Assembly: GCA_033764955.1 (NCBI GenBank) | Contig: JANRIL010000006.1 | Coordinates: 1-64,000 of the forward strand | Length of the DNA: 64,000 bases | Direction of reading: 5' to 3' | Source: Cyanobacteriota bacterium | GTDB taxonomy: Bacteria > Cyanobacteriota > Cyanobacteriia > Thermostichales > Thermostichaceae | In this document: positions 9,296 to 18,622 of the stretch, in pieces | How the letters are laid out: each line of letters opens with the position of its first letter | How positions within the stretch are numbered: position 1 is the stretch's first letter | Program-made: the position numbers and the translations under genes | Notes under the pieces: generated by a model | Database searches by the model: none | What the model was told of the DNA's origin: nothing | The model's input: only the letters and a program-made list of their open reading frames with translations

Positions 9296-9943
9296 CTAGA
9301 GAACGGAGATCTCAGGACGCTTGACGGTTGGCAGCAGTCGCCGATCCAAAACCTCATCAATTAGCCCATATTCTTTGGCTTGGGTAGCACTCAAATAGAA
9401 ATCACGGTCGGTATCCCGCTCAATTTTTTCGAGGGGTTGGTGGGTGCGCTCCGCCATAATTTGGTTGATCTGCCGTTTGATGAACATCACCTCATTGGCT
9501 TGGATCTCAATATCGGTGGCTTGTCCTTGCGCCCCACCCAGAGGTTGATGAATCATGACGCGGGCATTGGGTAGGGCGAGCCGTTTGCCCTGAGCCCCCG
9601 CGGTCAACAAAAATGCCCCCATGCTAGCAGCAATACCCATACAGATCGTGCAGACATCCGGTTGAATGTATTCCATCGTGTCGAAAATGCCCATACCGGC
9701 ATAAACGGATCCGCCAGGGCTGTTGATATAGAGATAGATATCGCGGGTGGGATCCTCCGCTTCTAAAAAAAGCATTTGGGCAATTGCCAGGTTTGCCACA
9801 TCATCGTCAATGGCACTACCCAAAAAGACAATCCGATCCCGCAGTAGGCGCGAATAGATATCAAAGGCTTTTTCTCCACGGCTGGATTGTTCGATCACCG
9901 TGGGCACCACAACCAGGCGGGGGTCAACAGGGGAGTGAGACAT
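9296..9943 (-). CDS. clpP: ATP-dependent Clp protease proteolytic subunit
   Basis: [23 protein letters not shown] (Ser), MIHQP (His), DRD; start codon uncertain (9943-9955). Confidence 0.95.
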   Translation of the reverse strand: MSHSPVDPRLVVVPTVIEQSSRGEKAFDIYSRLLRDRIVFLGSAIDDDVANLAIAQMLFLEAEDPTRDIYLYINSPGGSVYAGMGIFDTMEYIQPDVCTICMGIAASMGAFLLTAGAQGKRLALPNARVMIHQPLGGAQGQATDIEIQANEVMFIKRQINQIMAERTHQPLEKIERDTDRDFYLSATQAKEYGLIDEVLDRRLLPTVKRPEISVL

Positions 9944-10055
9944 AAATTCCATCATCAATCGATTTCTCCAGGATGGCACAGATTGCCGGACAAGAGGATT
10001 GGCCTGACAGGGACGGTTATGGAACGGGAAACTTTTTTTCGTGAATGGCTCTGAT

Positions 10056-13000
10056 TTATCCGGCTTTGGCGGCAAGCGTATGCAGATCTTTGAGAACTTC
10101 GCTGATCACCACCGCATCCACCTGACCCAATGGGATCTTTTCCAGGTATTGCGGGTAGGCTTTGGGCAGTTGAATGCCAGGAACAAAAAAGCAGCGATCA
10201 ATCGATTGGGGATCCCAGTCCATCATGTAGCCCACCGGGATCCCGTCATACTCCATAACGGCGGTGACATTGGCGCTATGAAAGGGTTTGGAATGGCTGT
10301 GAAAGCATCCGCCATCTTCGGGAATGCCGCGCATCCAGTTGAGTCGCTCCAGAATGCCCACGAGGGTGATGGCGGGAATTTTGTAGGAAGCAAAGTCGGT
10401 GATCTCGGTTTTGTTGACCAGGGCGGGATCCAGTTGATAGGTTTCTCGTCCCAGTTGAGGGAAGGGGGGCATGATTTCGTAGTCACTGAACAGTTCTCCC
10501 CAAAGGGCGGCTTGCTCAGGGGGCAGGTGGGCGGCGTGGAGGATGCCGATCTGGGTCACGGATTCTGGTAGATCGAGCGGGTCGTCTTGGGCATTGCCAT
10601 AGGTTTGGTCTTCGGTGACGCGAAAGGTGGTGACCAACTGACCTACCGCATCGTAGGCTCCCCACACCAAGAGCCGCACTAGGTTGATCATAAGGGGATG
10701 ATGCACCATCAAGCTCTCAAAATCGGCGACCGTCCAACGGCGACCCGTGATCATGGCTTGTTCAAGGCGGATGGCCTGGACTTTAGCCACTTCGTTGACC
10801 TGCTTTTTCAGCAGCTTCCAGTCGGCAATCGCTTGGTTGGCTTTGATCGGATCATCTTTGCTGTTGGGTTTGGGCAGGTCGGGTTTCAGCTTGCCCTCGC
10901 TATCTCGCAGCAGGGGCTTCATGTCAGACCCCAGCACCAGACGAAACTGGCGCGGTCCGAAATCGAGCAGACGGGATCCCCGTTCATCCAGGTCACAATC
11001 GGGCACGATCCGATCCTCTAGCTGTTCACGGCTGAGTCCACGGGCTTGGGCAATCTCCTCCATACAGGTTTGGGCTTTGGCCTGAATACCTTTGAATTTG
11101 ACTTTTTGGGCGATACCGTTGATTTGCATGAGAGCCGTATCGCTACCGATGGTACGCAGACACTCCAAACCCAGCACCGCCCGTTGATGCTGGCTTTCTC
11201 CCGGCCAAACCCGAATCAGCGGAGCCAGTTTGAGGGCGGAGGCATCGGATCCCAGCAACCCGACCGCGACTAAGCTCCATTTGTCGGCAGAAGGAGCAGT
11301 ACGGTTTAACCAGCGATCAAAGATTTTCCAGGCAAACTGATCCAGACTGACGGCATCCGCCTGTTTTTTGAGGGTTGGGATCAAAGGATGAGGGGCGGTG
11401 AGGGTACTTTGTTGCAGGGCTATCACCAGCTTTTGTATCTGGTCAGGATTCAGGCAGAATTGCCCGACAAAAATGGGCGGACAATCAGTCAACAAAAACC
11501 AATTGGGCAGGCCATTTTTGGCTTTGGCTTTCACCTGAGCAAAGGCTTCTTTCAGATCTGCGGGGGTGGTTTGCTCATCCAACGGTGGGATGCCGGCAGT
11601 GGGGGACTCCAGCAACAGAGCGGTGAGTTTGGCGGCTGCCTCTGGGGGTTGGGTTTGCAGGATGGCGGCTATCGAGGATCCCCAGCCCTGCCAAACCAGA
11701 TCGCGCAACCACTGCACAGCGGCATCGGCGGAGCGCCCTTTGCCACTGGCTAGCGGCAACAATCCCACTATCGTTAGTTGGGGATGTTTTTTTAGCCATT
11801 CGATGGCCGGAATCGCTAATTTTGACTGGAGCATTAACTCCAACATATAAGGGGCGATTTCGGGCGCTTCAACCAGACTCAAAACCTTGAGCAATTCGGC
11901 TCCGTGATCTCTGCTGGCCTGGGATCCCGCTAACACATTTTCATAAACAATATCTAACCCTTGATATTGGCTGTAATAAAGCCAGCCCCGTAAATAGTCC
12001 ACAGAAGTAAGAGGTAATTTTAGGCGACGGATATGGTGTTGTACGGCATCGGGATCCCCTAAGCGCAAGACAATATCCTGCGGCAGGTGACAACTCCATT
12101 TATAGGGATCCGCCCGATAGAGATCATCAGGCCAACTATTCACCAAGGTTTGCATCTCTCCGGTCATACCCAAATAAGCCGCGAGGTGAAAGGCTGCATC
12201 GGGAGAAGATTCATAGGGATTGACCGCTTGCTGATAATCAAAAGGCCATAAGCTGGGATGTAAGTGGGGGCGTAAAATATTGCTTAGAGATGCGACCTGC
12301 TCAGAGGATAGACGAGGAACCACATGGGTATGAAAACCCGCCAACAGTCCCATCACCATTTGAGTCCAGTAGTGCTTGTAGTAGGGATTGGGTGAGGTTT
12401 GAGCTACCTGCTGAAAGGCTGCTTCATCTCGCATTAAAGTAATCAATTCCTCCGGTGAAAAAATGACCGAAAGAGGAATCATCATTATGGCGTGATCGGA
12501 GGCATGACGACAAAATAATTGTCGTATCGTATCTAAGGTAATCGGTTGAGACTCCATTTCTTCTAAATAGGCCGTCAATGATTTAGCATTGCTTGTCTTA
12601 TTTCCCTGATATAGATTCAACCGATCTTGATGCAAGGATTCACGTGCATGGATCCAAAAGCGAGCTTCCTCTTGAGTGAGGGGCAACCGAAGTTTTTCCA
12701 TGCCAGGAATAGCTCGATGATAGTAGTGGTAGTAACCATCTTTGATGACGGTTTCAATAAAGGTTTTGGTGGCTGCCTTTCGATCAAAAGGAGGTGGATC
12801 CCCCAATGGAATATAAGGGCGATTTTTGGGATCCCAATAGCTATCTTTGACCTCCAGTTGAATAGAGCGAGTAACCATCAACTCTCTAGGAACGGCTGTG
12901 GTTAAAACTGGTTCTTTCCCTTTTTCTGGAGGATTGCTAACGATTGCTGGCGGGATCCCATCCTCTAGGTTGGCGGAGTCTACAGCTAGCCCTAAACTCT

Positions 13001-13286
13001 CTTTTGGGGTCTCTTTGACTTGAGGAGATTTGGCTTTAGAGGTGGGTTGGGATCCCGGAACGATGGTGGTACTATCACTCACCTCCACATAGCCTTTTTT
13101 GATTTTCTCTTGGATCAGTTTGTCATGGGATTTTTGCGCCTCGGCTTCGCTAGCAAACTCTTTGGTTTGGGCTTGTCCTGCCGTTCCCACCCGCCCAAAA
13201 TGTACAGTATGACTGGATCCTGTCAGGATAATTTTCCAGAATTTATCTGACTTGCCATCCGAGAAATGAAAAGTGCGCTCACTCAT
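10056..13286 (-). CDS. WGR-domain + DUF4132 protein (MolR/YehI-like)
   Basis: N-terminal SDKFW..HFGRVG..GQ..KIKKGY (WGR); C-terminal [28 protein letters not shown] (DUF4132-like). Confidence 0.8.
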   Translation of the reverse strand: MSERTFHFSDGKSDKFWKIILTGSSHTVHFGRVGTAGQAQTKEFASEAEAQKSHDKLIQEKIKKGYVEVSDSTTIVPGSQPTSKAKSPQVKETPKESLGLAVDSANLEDGIPPAIVSNPPEKGKEPVLTTAVPRELMVTRSIQLEVKDSYWDPKNRPYIPLGDPPPFDRKAATKTFIETVIKDGYYHYYHRAIPGMEKLRLPLTQEEARFWIHARESLHQDRLNLYQGNKTSNAKSLTAYLEEMESQPITLDTIRQLFCRHASDHAIMMIPLSVIFSPEELITLMRDEAAFQQVAQTSPNPYYKHYWTQMVMGLLAGFHTHVVPRLSSEQVASLSNILRPHLHPSLWPFDYQQAVNPYESSPDAAFHLAAYLGMTGEMQTLVNSWPDDLYRADPYKWSCHLPQDIVLRLGDPDAVQHHIRRLKLPLTSVDYLRGWLYYSQYQGLDIVYENVLAGSQASRDHGAELLKVLSLVEAPEIAPYMLELMLQSKLAIPAIEWLKKHPQLTIVGLLPLASGKGRSADAAVQWLRDLVWQGWGSSIAAILQTQPPEAAAKLTALLLESPTAGIPPLDEQTTPADLKEAFAQVKAKAKNGLPNWFLLTDCPPIFVGQFCLNPDQIQKLVIALQQSTLTAPHPLIPTLKKQADAVSLDQFAWKIFDRWLNRTAPSADKWSLVAVGLLGSDASALKLAPLIRVWPGESQHQRAVLGLECLRTIGSDTALMQINGIAQKVKFKGIQAKAQTCMEEIAQARGLSREQLEDRIVPDCDLDERGSRLLDFGPRQFRLVLGSDMKPLLRDSEGKLKPDLPKPNSKDDPIKANQAIADWKLLKKQVNEVAKVQAIRLEQAMITGRRWTVADFESLMVHHPLMINLVRLLVWGAYDAVGQLVTTFRVTEDQTYGNAQDDPLDLPESVTQIGILHAAHLPPEQAALWGELFSDYEIMPPFPQLGRETYQLDPALVNKTEITDFASYKIPAITLVGILERLNWMRGIPEDGGCFHSHSKPFHSANVTAVMEYDGIPVGYMMDWDPQSIDRCFFVPGIQLPKAYPQYLEKIPLGQVDAVVISEVLKDLHTLAAKAG

Positions 13287-13518
13287 CGGGATCCCTGCCT
13301 TGTGAAGATAGTGAAAATTTGCCGAATCTATAAACCTCAATTCTCATGCCATTCAAGCATGTCTTAGCAGGTTCAACATCGTTATGGATAGCTATGGCGC
13401 AGAAACATTCATCATCCACAAACTCTCAACATCCATTAAAGATTAACAACCGATCTCCGCTGAATAATCTCTCCTCGCTTGGGGCTACAGTGAAAGAAGC
13501 TGTTACGTTTCTTCATCT

Positions 13519-15039
13519 ATGCCCCGCGATCTGCGTCAATTTCTCCGTCTCCTGGAACAGCGTGGACAACTCCGCCGCATCAAGGCACTGGTGGATCCCG
13601 ACCTAGAAATTGCCGAGATCAGTAACCGCCTCTTGGCCTGTGGCGGGCCTGCCCTCTATTTTGAGCAGGTGAAGGGATCCCCCTATCCCCTGGTGGTTAA
13701 TACGCTGGGCACGTTGCAACGGGTCTGCTGGGCAATGGGGATGGAAACCGCCAGTGAGTTGGAAGCACTGGGGCAGAAATTGGGCAAGCTGCAAAGCCCC
13801 AAGCCCCCCAAAAATCCCAGGCAGGCGGTTGAGTTTGGCTTGCTCCTGTTTGATGTGCTGAAGGCCAAACCTAACCCCGTCCTCTGGGGAGCCGCCTGCC
13901 AAGAAGTGGTGGTGGAGGGATCCCAACTGGATTTGCATCGTCTGCCCCTATTGCGCCCCTGGCCGCAGGATGCCGGCAGAGTCATTACGTTGGGTTTGGT
14001 CATCACCAAAGATGTGGAAACGGGCATCCCCAATGTGGGGGTCTATCGACTGCAACAGCAATCGGCCACCACCATGACTGTGCATTGGCTGTCGGTGCGG
14101 GGGGGAGCCAGACACCTGCGAAAAGCTGCCGAAAAGGGCAAAAAGCTGGAGATTGCCATTGCGCTGGGGGTGGATCCCCTCCTGGTTATGGCGGCGGCGA
14201 CGCCGATTCCGGTGGATCTGTCGGAATGGATTTTTGCTGGGCTGTACGGTGGGGAGGGGGTACAACTGGTCAAGTGCAAAACCCTCGATCTGGAGGTACC
14301 TGCCCAGGCCGAGATGATTTTGGAGGGAACCATCACCCCTGGGGAAGTCTTGCCAGATGGCCCTTTTGGCGATCACATGGGCTATTACGGCGGGGTGGAA
14401 GACTCCCCGTTGATCCGTTTCCACTGTCTGACCCATCGCCGCGAGCCGATTTTTCTCACCACCTTTAGCGGTCGTCCCCCCAAAGAGGAAGCGCTGCTCG
14501 CCATTGCCCTCAACCGAATCTATACCCCCATCCTGCGTCAGCAAGTGCCGGAGATTGTGGATTTTTTCCTGCCGATGGAGGCACTTAGCTATAAAGCGGC
14601 CATCATTTCCATTGATAAAGCCTATCCGGGGCAAGCCCGTCGTGCCGCCCTCGCCTTTTGGAGTGCGTTGCCCCAGTTTACCTACACCAAGTTTGTGATT
14701 GTGGTGGATCGTTCCATCAACATTCGGGATCCCCGACAAGTGGTCTGGGCGATCACCTCCAAAGTGGATCCGGTGCGGGATGTGTTTATTCTGCCGGATA
14801 CCCCCTTTGATACCCTTGATTTTGCCAGCGAGCGCTTGGGTTTAGGAGGACGGATGGGAATTGATGCCACCACCAAAGTCCCCCCGGAAACCAACCATCC
14901 CTGGGGGGATCCCCTGGAGTCGGATCCGCAGATGGCGGCACAGGTGGAGCGGCGTTGGGTGGAATACGGCTTGGCGGACATTGTGCAAGAGGCGGTGGAT
15001 CCCCACTTATTCGGCTACGAAATGTCCACTCACGGCTGA
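13519..15039 (+). CDS. ubiD: UbiD-family decarboxylase (4-hydroxy-3-polyprenylbenzoate decarboxylase)
   Basis: DLRQFL, NVGVYR, DGPFGDHMGYY, GRPPKE, DTLDF. Confidence 0.92.
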   Translation: MPRDLRQFLRLLEQRGQLRRIKALVDPDLEIAEISNRLLACGGPALYFEQVKGSPYPLVVNTLGTLQRVCWAMGMETASELEALGQKLGKLQSPKPPKNPRQAVEFGLLLFDVLKAKPNPVLWGAACQEVVVEGSQLDLHRLPLLRPWPQDAGRVITLGLVITKDVETGIPNVGVYRLQQQSATTMTVHWLSVRGGARHLRKAAEKGKKLEIAIALGVDPLLVMAAATPIPVDLSEWIFAGLYGGEGVQLVKCKTLDLEVPAQAEMILEGTITPGEVLPDGPFGDHMGYYGGVEDSPLIRFHCLTHRREPIFLTTFSGRPPKEEALLAIALNRIYTPILRQQVPEIVDFFLPMEALSYKAAIISIDKAYPGQARRAALAFWSALPQFTYTKFVIVVDRSINIRDPRQVVWAITSKVDPVRDVFILPDTPFDTLDFASERLGLGGRMGIDATTKVPPETNHPWGDPLESDPQMAAQVERRWVEYGLADIVQEAVDPHLFGYEMSTHG

Positions 15040-15183
15040 TAGGGATCCCTTCCCCCCAGACCACATCCCATGGCAAGCCAGTCAGGGATAGAGTGCTCCC
15101 CCGCCGATCCGGCTAGACTAAAAGGTCTGAGTCCCTGAGCAAGCCTGCTCATCTCAGGGTGAAGGGTTCTTTCGGCAACGCCT

Positions 15184-16704
15184 GTGATCGAAGTTGAGGT
15201 TCACCAACAGTTGCGGCAATTGCTCCGCCAATCCCCTGATGCCGTTTGGCCTCATCAGTTGACGATGGCGCGCTTGGTGGCGCGGGGGTTGCGGTTAGGG
15301 CGCAATGCCTTGATTCAGGTGCCAGAAGGAGATCACCATCGCCTCAGCTATCTGCTGCCCGCCCTGATGTGGTCAGGGGCTACCCTGCTCTGTGTGAGTG
15401 AAGCGGTACAAGCGCAAATTTTGCGGGTGGAGATTCCCTGGCTCCAGGAGGCGCTGCAACTGAATAAACCCGTCCTGCAATCCTCCGTCTGGCCGGGAGA
15501 CGATTTTCAAGGGCTGTGGGTGATGGATCCCCTGACCTGGTTGCGCCACCGTCTGACGGCAGAAGGGATCCCCATTCCTTCGCACATCCCCCTAATTCTC
15601 GATCAAGCCGAACATCTGGAAACCTGGCTGCATACAGTTCTCACCCTCACCCTCACCGCCAGCGATTGGCACCGTTTGCAAAGAGCCGTTCCCCTCCTCT
15701 CCGAAACCATTGGGGATACCCAGATTCGCCTCACCGTAGCCCTCCTTCAACGACCGCTAGCGGAGTTCTTGTTACACGAAGAAGAGTTAAAACTGCTCAA
15801 GGATTTTTTGTGGGAGTTGCGACCCTTTGCGGGGGATCACTGGCCGAGCGTCTGGTTGACTCTGCAACAGCGCCTAGGGGATCCCTGTTTTTGTTGGTGG
15901 GCTAGGGTAGATCGGCAAACCGGACAAGTCACTCTCCTGAGTAGCCCGTTGGCCTTTTCCGCTTTGCTCAGTTCCCTCTGGCTCAGTCAACCGTTTGTCA
16001 TGATGGGCGAAAGCCTGGATCTGGATCGGAATGCCCTGTCGTTTCGCCAGCGGTTTGGTCTGCCGGATTTGACCAGTTTGCGCTTTCCCTCTGCCCTTGC
16101 CGCCGATCTGGCTCAGCCCCCCCTCACCCTCTACACCCCGCCCTTGCCTCCCCCCAACACCCCCCAGTTTCGGGATCAGGTGATCAGCGAACTGAAGCAA
16201 CTGATCTGCCAAATCGAGGGATCCAGTGTGGTGTTGGTCTCGGATCAGCCCCTCCAAACCCAGATTGCGGCAAGTTTAGCGGCGGAGTTTGGCTCACGGG
16301 TACGGCTCAATTTGCCCCACGCCGTGGAACGGGGCATTTTGGTGTGTGATTGGGACTATTGGCTGACCCAACGGGAGAGCCTACCCATCCCCCAGTTGTT
16401 GGGGATTGCCACCTTGCCCTTCCCCTCGATGGAGGATCCCTTAGTGGCGGGACGGGTTGAGCACATGCGTCAGCAACGACAGGATTGGTTTAGAACCTAC
16501 CTTCTGCCGACAGCGGCCAGCAAACTCCAGCGGGCTATCGCTCCCCTCCGCAGCCCCCGTTCCTCCTCCCAGCTAAGAGATGAGGGATCCCTGCCCCAGC
16601 TAGCCATTTTGGATAGTCGAATTCTCTATCGCAGCTATGGTCATCACTTGCTAGCCGCTTTAGGTCCGTTGGTGCAAGTTCGCCACCGCCACCGCTTGCC
16701 CTAG
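15184..16704 (+). CDS. DinG-like helicase-related protein with degenerate ATPase motifs
   Basis: WPHQLTMARLVAR, SYLLPAL, LPFPSMEDP, ILDSRILYRSYG helicase C-terminal region; no intact Walker A or DEAH. Confidence 0.75.
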   Translation: MIEVEVHQQLRQLLRQSPDAVWPHQLTMARLVARGLRLGRNALIQVPEGDHHRLSYLLPALMWSGATLLCVSEAVQAQILRVEIPWLQEALQLNKPVLQSSVWPGDDFQGLWVMDPLTWLRHRLTAEGIPIPSHIPLILDQAEHLETWLHTVLTLTLTASDWHRLQRAVPLLSETIGDTQIRLTVALLQRPLAEFLLHEEELKLLKDFLWELRPFAGDHWPSVWLTLQQRLGDPCFCWWARVDRQTGQVTLLSSPLAFSALLSSLWLSQPFVMMGESLDLDRNALSFRQRFGLPDLTSLRFPSALAADLAQPPLTLYTPPLPPPNTPQFRDQVISELKQLICQIEGSSVVLVSDQPLQTQIAASLAAEFGSRVRLNLPHAVERGILVCDWDYWLTQRESLPIPQLLGIATLPFPSMEDPLVAGRVEHMRQQRQDWFRTYLLPTAASKLQRAIAPLRSPRSSSQLRDEGSLPQLAILDSRILYRSYGHHLLAALGPLVQVRHRHRLP

Positions 16705-16963
16705 CCTCTGATTGGAGATCATGGCAGACCCAGTGGAAGGATCCGCAGCAGATCAAGGCTTGAATTGGCTATGGGTACTCATCTGTTGATGAATCCCAGT
16801 CCACTCTGTTCTTTAAAGAAGGCGTAGATTGAGCATGATTGAGGGTTCTGGACTGTTTTGAGTTACGAATTCTCCTCTACAAGTGATGCGAACTAAAGCA
16901 CCAGATATGGATTTCTGGCAAAACTGGCGCTAATCTTTCAGGTAGAGATGTGAGGATAAGCGT

Positions 16964-18565
16964 TTGAGTTTTCCCAGGTTTTTAGCCAGCTCAGGCTTGG
17001 CTGGTTTTCTCTTATTAGCTTCGGGTTGCTCAGGCACCGACAGCAGTTCTGTTGCCATCAATCCCCAATCCCCTACCGGCGGGCAAACCTTTACCGCGAC
17101 TGGAGTTGCTCAAGGGGGTGTTGTCACCTTCTCCTCAACCATTCGCACTCCCTATAGCGGCCAACTTCGTTTGGATATTCAGAATCTCGGAGATCTACCC
17201 GATGCCCTGCAGGTGAAGGGGGCAACATTTGCCCCCATGGCGGTCAGTCTCTATCCCGAATTTACTTCCTTTACAGCCAGTCTAAATTCTGCTCTCCTCA
17301 CCCTCGATGCCTTTAATCAACTGGATCTCCCCTTGCCCGATGGAACCCAAGTGCAAGTGGTTGATGCCGTCAGCAGTCCCCAGCTTGATACCGTAGGGTT
17401 CCTACTCCGTCAGCGAGGGGTTTCTCTTGTGTTTCAAGGGGATCCCAACACCGTCACGTTGGAAGATGTCGCTTTAGTTCTGGCCTATCTGCAACTGCCC
17501 TCCCAGTTCCGCACCGCTAGCAACCTGGCAGCTCAAGCCAATCAATTGCTTGGCAATGGACAAATTGATCCCAATCAACTCAATCCTCTGCCGGGGCCTA
17601 ATTTCATTGACTGCATTGCTCCCAGTGGACTGGTTGATTTACGAGATGTAGCAGGATTTCTAGCGATGGTGGGAGTTCCCACCGGATCCCTGACCGCTAA
17701 CCAGTTAGCTGCCGAGATCAACAATTTATTACCCGGCGCTGGGCTAATTGGTGCCGATATTATTGGTTTTCCGGGAGAGGAGTGTAATCCAGGAGCCACC
17801 GGCCCAGCCGGAGAACCAGGAGCTACGGGTCCAGATGGAGAACCAGGACAGCCAGGAGCTACTGGACCGAGTGGGCCTATTGGACCGAGTGGGCCTGTTG
17901 GACCGAGTGGGCCTGTTGGACCGAGTGGGCCTATTGGACCGAGTGGGCCTGTTGGACCAAGTGGGCCTGTTGGACCGAGTGGGCCTGTTGGACCAAGTGG
18001 GCCTGTTGGACCAAGTGGGCCTGTTGGACCGAGTGGGCCTGTTGGACCAAGTGGGCCTGTTGGACCAAGTGGGCCTGTTGGACCAAGTGGGCCTGTTGGA
18101 CCAAGTGGGCCTGTTGGACCGAGTGGGCCTGTTGGACCGAGTGGGCCTGTTGGACCGAGTGGGCCTGTTGGACCGAGTGGGCCTGTTGGACCTACTGGAC
18201 CCACTGGATCCACTCAACTAATTGCTACTGGTTTCTGTATTAGTCAACCCGGCACTAATACCCTGACTCTCGTTGGCCCTACCGGAGTTACAGGCGAATG
18301 TACTAATAATGGAGCTTTAGATGAAGGAGGTGTTACATCATCTGTCACCTTTAACAATCTACCCGTTCCAGATGGCACTCCGTTTAACGTACAAATCACG
18401 GTGGAGTCTTCAGACAGCGTTATTGTTGTGATCACCAATGGCAGCACTCAACTTGCTTCAGGAGGCAGTGTAACTTACGAGATCAACATCTTTGGGACTT
18501 TTAGTGAAGGTCAATCTTTTAATGGCTATAACATTGCCATTATTGAAGTGCCTCCAGTTCCGTAA
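16964..18565 (+). CDS. Collagen-like lipoprotein
   Basis: Lipobox LASGC (Cys22); duplicated ~48-aa module; 47 consecutive Gly-X-Y triplets; beta-rich C-terminal domain. Confidence 0.85.
   Translation: MSFPRFLASSGLAGFLLLASGCSGTDSSSVAINPQSPTGGQTFTATGVAQGGVVTFSSTIRTPYSGQLRLDIQNLGDLPDALQVKGATFAPMAVSLYPEFTSFTASLNSALLTLDAFNQLDLPLPDGTQVQVVDAVSSPQLDTVGFLLRQRGVSLVFQGDPNTVTLEDVALVLAYLQLPSQFRTASNLAAQANQLLGNGQIDPNQLNPLPGPNFIDCIAPSGLVDLRDVAGFLAMVGVPTGSLTANQLAAEINNLLPGAGLIGADIIGFPGEECNPGATGPAGEPGATGPDGEPGQPGATGPSGPIGPSGPVGPSGPVGPSGPIGPSGPVGPSGPVGPSGPVGPSGPVGPSGPVGPSGPVGPSGPVGPSGPVGPSGPVGPSGPVGPSGPVGPSGPVGPSGPVGPSGPVGPTGPTGSTQLIATGFCISQPGTNTLTLVGPTGVTGECTNNGALDEGGVTSSVTFNNLPVPDGTPFNVQITVESSDSVIVVITNGSTQLASGGSVTYEINIFGTFSEGQSFNGYNIAIIEVPPVP
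17864..18187 (+). repeat. 18 tandem copies of the 18-bp unit GGACCRAGTGGGCCTRTT (GPSGPV/I)
   Basis: Direct reading: 324 bp = 18 x 18 bp. Confidence 0.95.
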
Positions 18566-18622
18566 TGATCCTGCGGGGATCATACGGAATCAATAACAAC
18601 GTTATCCAGCAAGAATTGAATC

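Noticed and set aside
17864..18187. Possible CRISPR array
   Set aside because: Contiguous tandem units with no unique spacers, in frame within a CDS; no cas genes
17575..18221. Antisense collagen-like ORF (GPLGPT)n and alternative-frame repeat ORFs
   Set aside because: Shadows of the 18-bp repeat: GGNCCN codon pairs read Gly-Pro on both strands; no signal peptide or flanking domains
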